Source of the DNA: Candidatus Latescibacterota bacterium
GTDB lineage: Bacteria > Latescibacterota > UBA2968 > UBA8231
NCBI GenBank assembly: GCA_965203175.1
Contig: OZ241867.1
Span: forward strand, 256,001 to 320,000
Reading direction: 5' to 3'
DNA: 64,000 nucleotides
Positions 62,910-64,000 of the stretch are shown here, piece after piece (position 1 is the first letter of the stretch; each line of letters begins with the position of its first letter). The position numbers and the translations under genes were made by a program. The notes beneath the pieces are model-generated. The model had not been told where the DNA came from. It saw only the letters and a program-made list of their open reading frames with translations, and ran no database searches.

Positions 62910-64000
62910 CTACATTATATACCTAATGGCTTCTACGGGCATCAACCCAGCGGCCTTGCGCGCCGGATAAATCGACGTCGCCAAACAGATGACCATGCTA
63001 ATCGCCGCCACCAGTGCAAAATCCACGACATTCATATCCACGGGCAACGAGCTAATGAAATACATGTCCCCGGGAATGGAAATCAGGGCAAAGCGCTGTT
63101 GAGCCCAGCAGAGCGCAAAGCCGATCAAGCAACCCAAGAAGGTACCGATGCCACCAATGGCCAAACCCTGATAGATGAAAATGCGATAGATCTCGCCCAC
63201 AGTGCAACCGATCGTCCGCAAGATGCCAATCTCGGGCGTCTTGATCAGCACCGACATGACCAAGATCGACATGATGTTAAAGGCCGCGACCAGCACGATG
63301 AGGCTCAGCGCGAGAAAAATTGCCCATTTTTCCAACTCAATCCAGCGGAAGAATTCGGGAAAAAGCTGGGTCCAATCGCGCACTTGGTAGGGATAGCCCA
63401 ACTCCTCGGCTAGGCGGTCGCGGATCTCAGGCGCTTGGTAGATGTCTTTGACGTGGATGTGGATATCGGTAATCGCATCGCCCAATTCGAGCATGCGTTG
63501 GGCGTCTTCTATATGAATAAAAGCATAGTTGTCGTCGTACTGGTACATGCCGCTTTCAAAGTGATTGGTCACAAAAAAAGACCAAGGACGGGGCGAGAAG
63601 CCGTCCATCACGGCTGCTTCCACATCGAGATTTTGCACCGTCATCAGCAACACCTCAGAACCCAGCCCCACGTGCAAGCGCCGCGCCAAGTACTCGCCGA
63701 GAACAATCCCCCGCTTGTTTAGCTCTGCCAGCAGGCCGAGGCGCAGCTGACCTTCTGGATTGGCGTAGCTCAGGTGTTCGATCAAGTCGGAAACTTCTGG
63801 AAAGGTCGCCGGATCAATACCCCACACGGGAATGCCATCGACCCGGCCCAAGTCGAGTTGCGAGGCGATAATGACCTTGGAATCTACGACCGGGGCCGCA
63901 CCCACGACCCCGGCAGCGCCTTTCACCTGTTGCAACAGCGCGCCCCAATCCGCGATGGGGCCGCCGTCGAAGCGGCGAATGTTGACATGAGCGTTCATGC
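62910..64000 (-). CDS. lipoprotein-releasing ABC transporter permease LolC/E (5' end outside window)
   Basis: FESGMYQYD, LIVLVAAFNI, EIGILRTIG, YPARKAA...PVEAIRY. Confidence 0.9.
   Translation of the reverse strand, partial: MNAHVNIRRFDGGPIADWGALLQQVKGAAGVVGAAPVVDSKVIIASQLDLGRVDGIPVWGIDPATFPEVSDLIEHLSYANPEGQLRLGLLAELNKRGIVLGEYLARRLHVGLGSEVLLMTVQNLDVEAAVMDGFSPRPWSFFVTNHFESGMYQYDDNYAFIHIEDAQRMLELGDAITDIHIHVKDIYQAPEIRDRLAEELGYPYQVRDWTQLFPEFFRWIELEKWAIFLALSLIVLVAAFNIMSILVMSVLIKTPEIGILRTIGCTVGEIYRIFIYQGLAIGGIGTFLGCLIGFALCWAQQRFALISIPGDMYFISSLPVDMNVVDFALVAAISMVICLATSIYPARKAAGLMPVEAIRYIM

Overview
A ~60% GC chromosomal segment from a diderm bacterium. The Por/T9SS-like genes, BamA/Skp and divergent rRNA suggest an FCB-group lineage such as Latescibacterota; this is inference only. 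Almost all genes are on the minus strand. Housekeeping content: alaS (partial), recX, recA, pgpA, pgsA, recR, dnaX, a large Alu-type SRP RNA, 3 tRNAs, tadA, lysA, ilvE, rsmA, holB, rimI, tsaB, ruvBAC, yebC, an EF-G paralog, a full 16S-tRNA(Ile)-23S-5S operon, pyrB, fabZ, skp, bamA, clpC, mcsBA, lolD and partial lolC/E. The most interesting part is a tightly packed ~20 kb putative operon (31463 to 11591). It runs from a peptide-type solute-binding protein through an 8-gene module to a TonB-dependent receptor, a CTD-bearing surface protein, a PorV-like barrel, a TPR lipoprotein and two Opp/Dpp permeases with no ABC ATPase. The 8-gene module is built around a GlmL/MutL-like actin-fold ATPase with no B12 mutase, a barrel-sandwich/KOW protein and several membrane proteins. 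It is a candidate for an uncharacterised ATP-driven envelope transport system. Also notable: a tnpB-only IS200/IS605 element whose exact ends, TAM and guide can be reconstructed, a frameshift in mcsB, unusual substitutions in conserved rRNA motifs, and a 38-aa basic ORF missed by the ORF track. All family assignments are from motif recognition by eye; no database searches were run.
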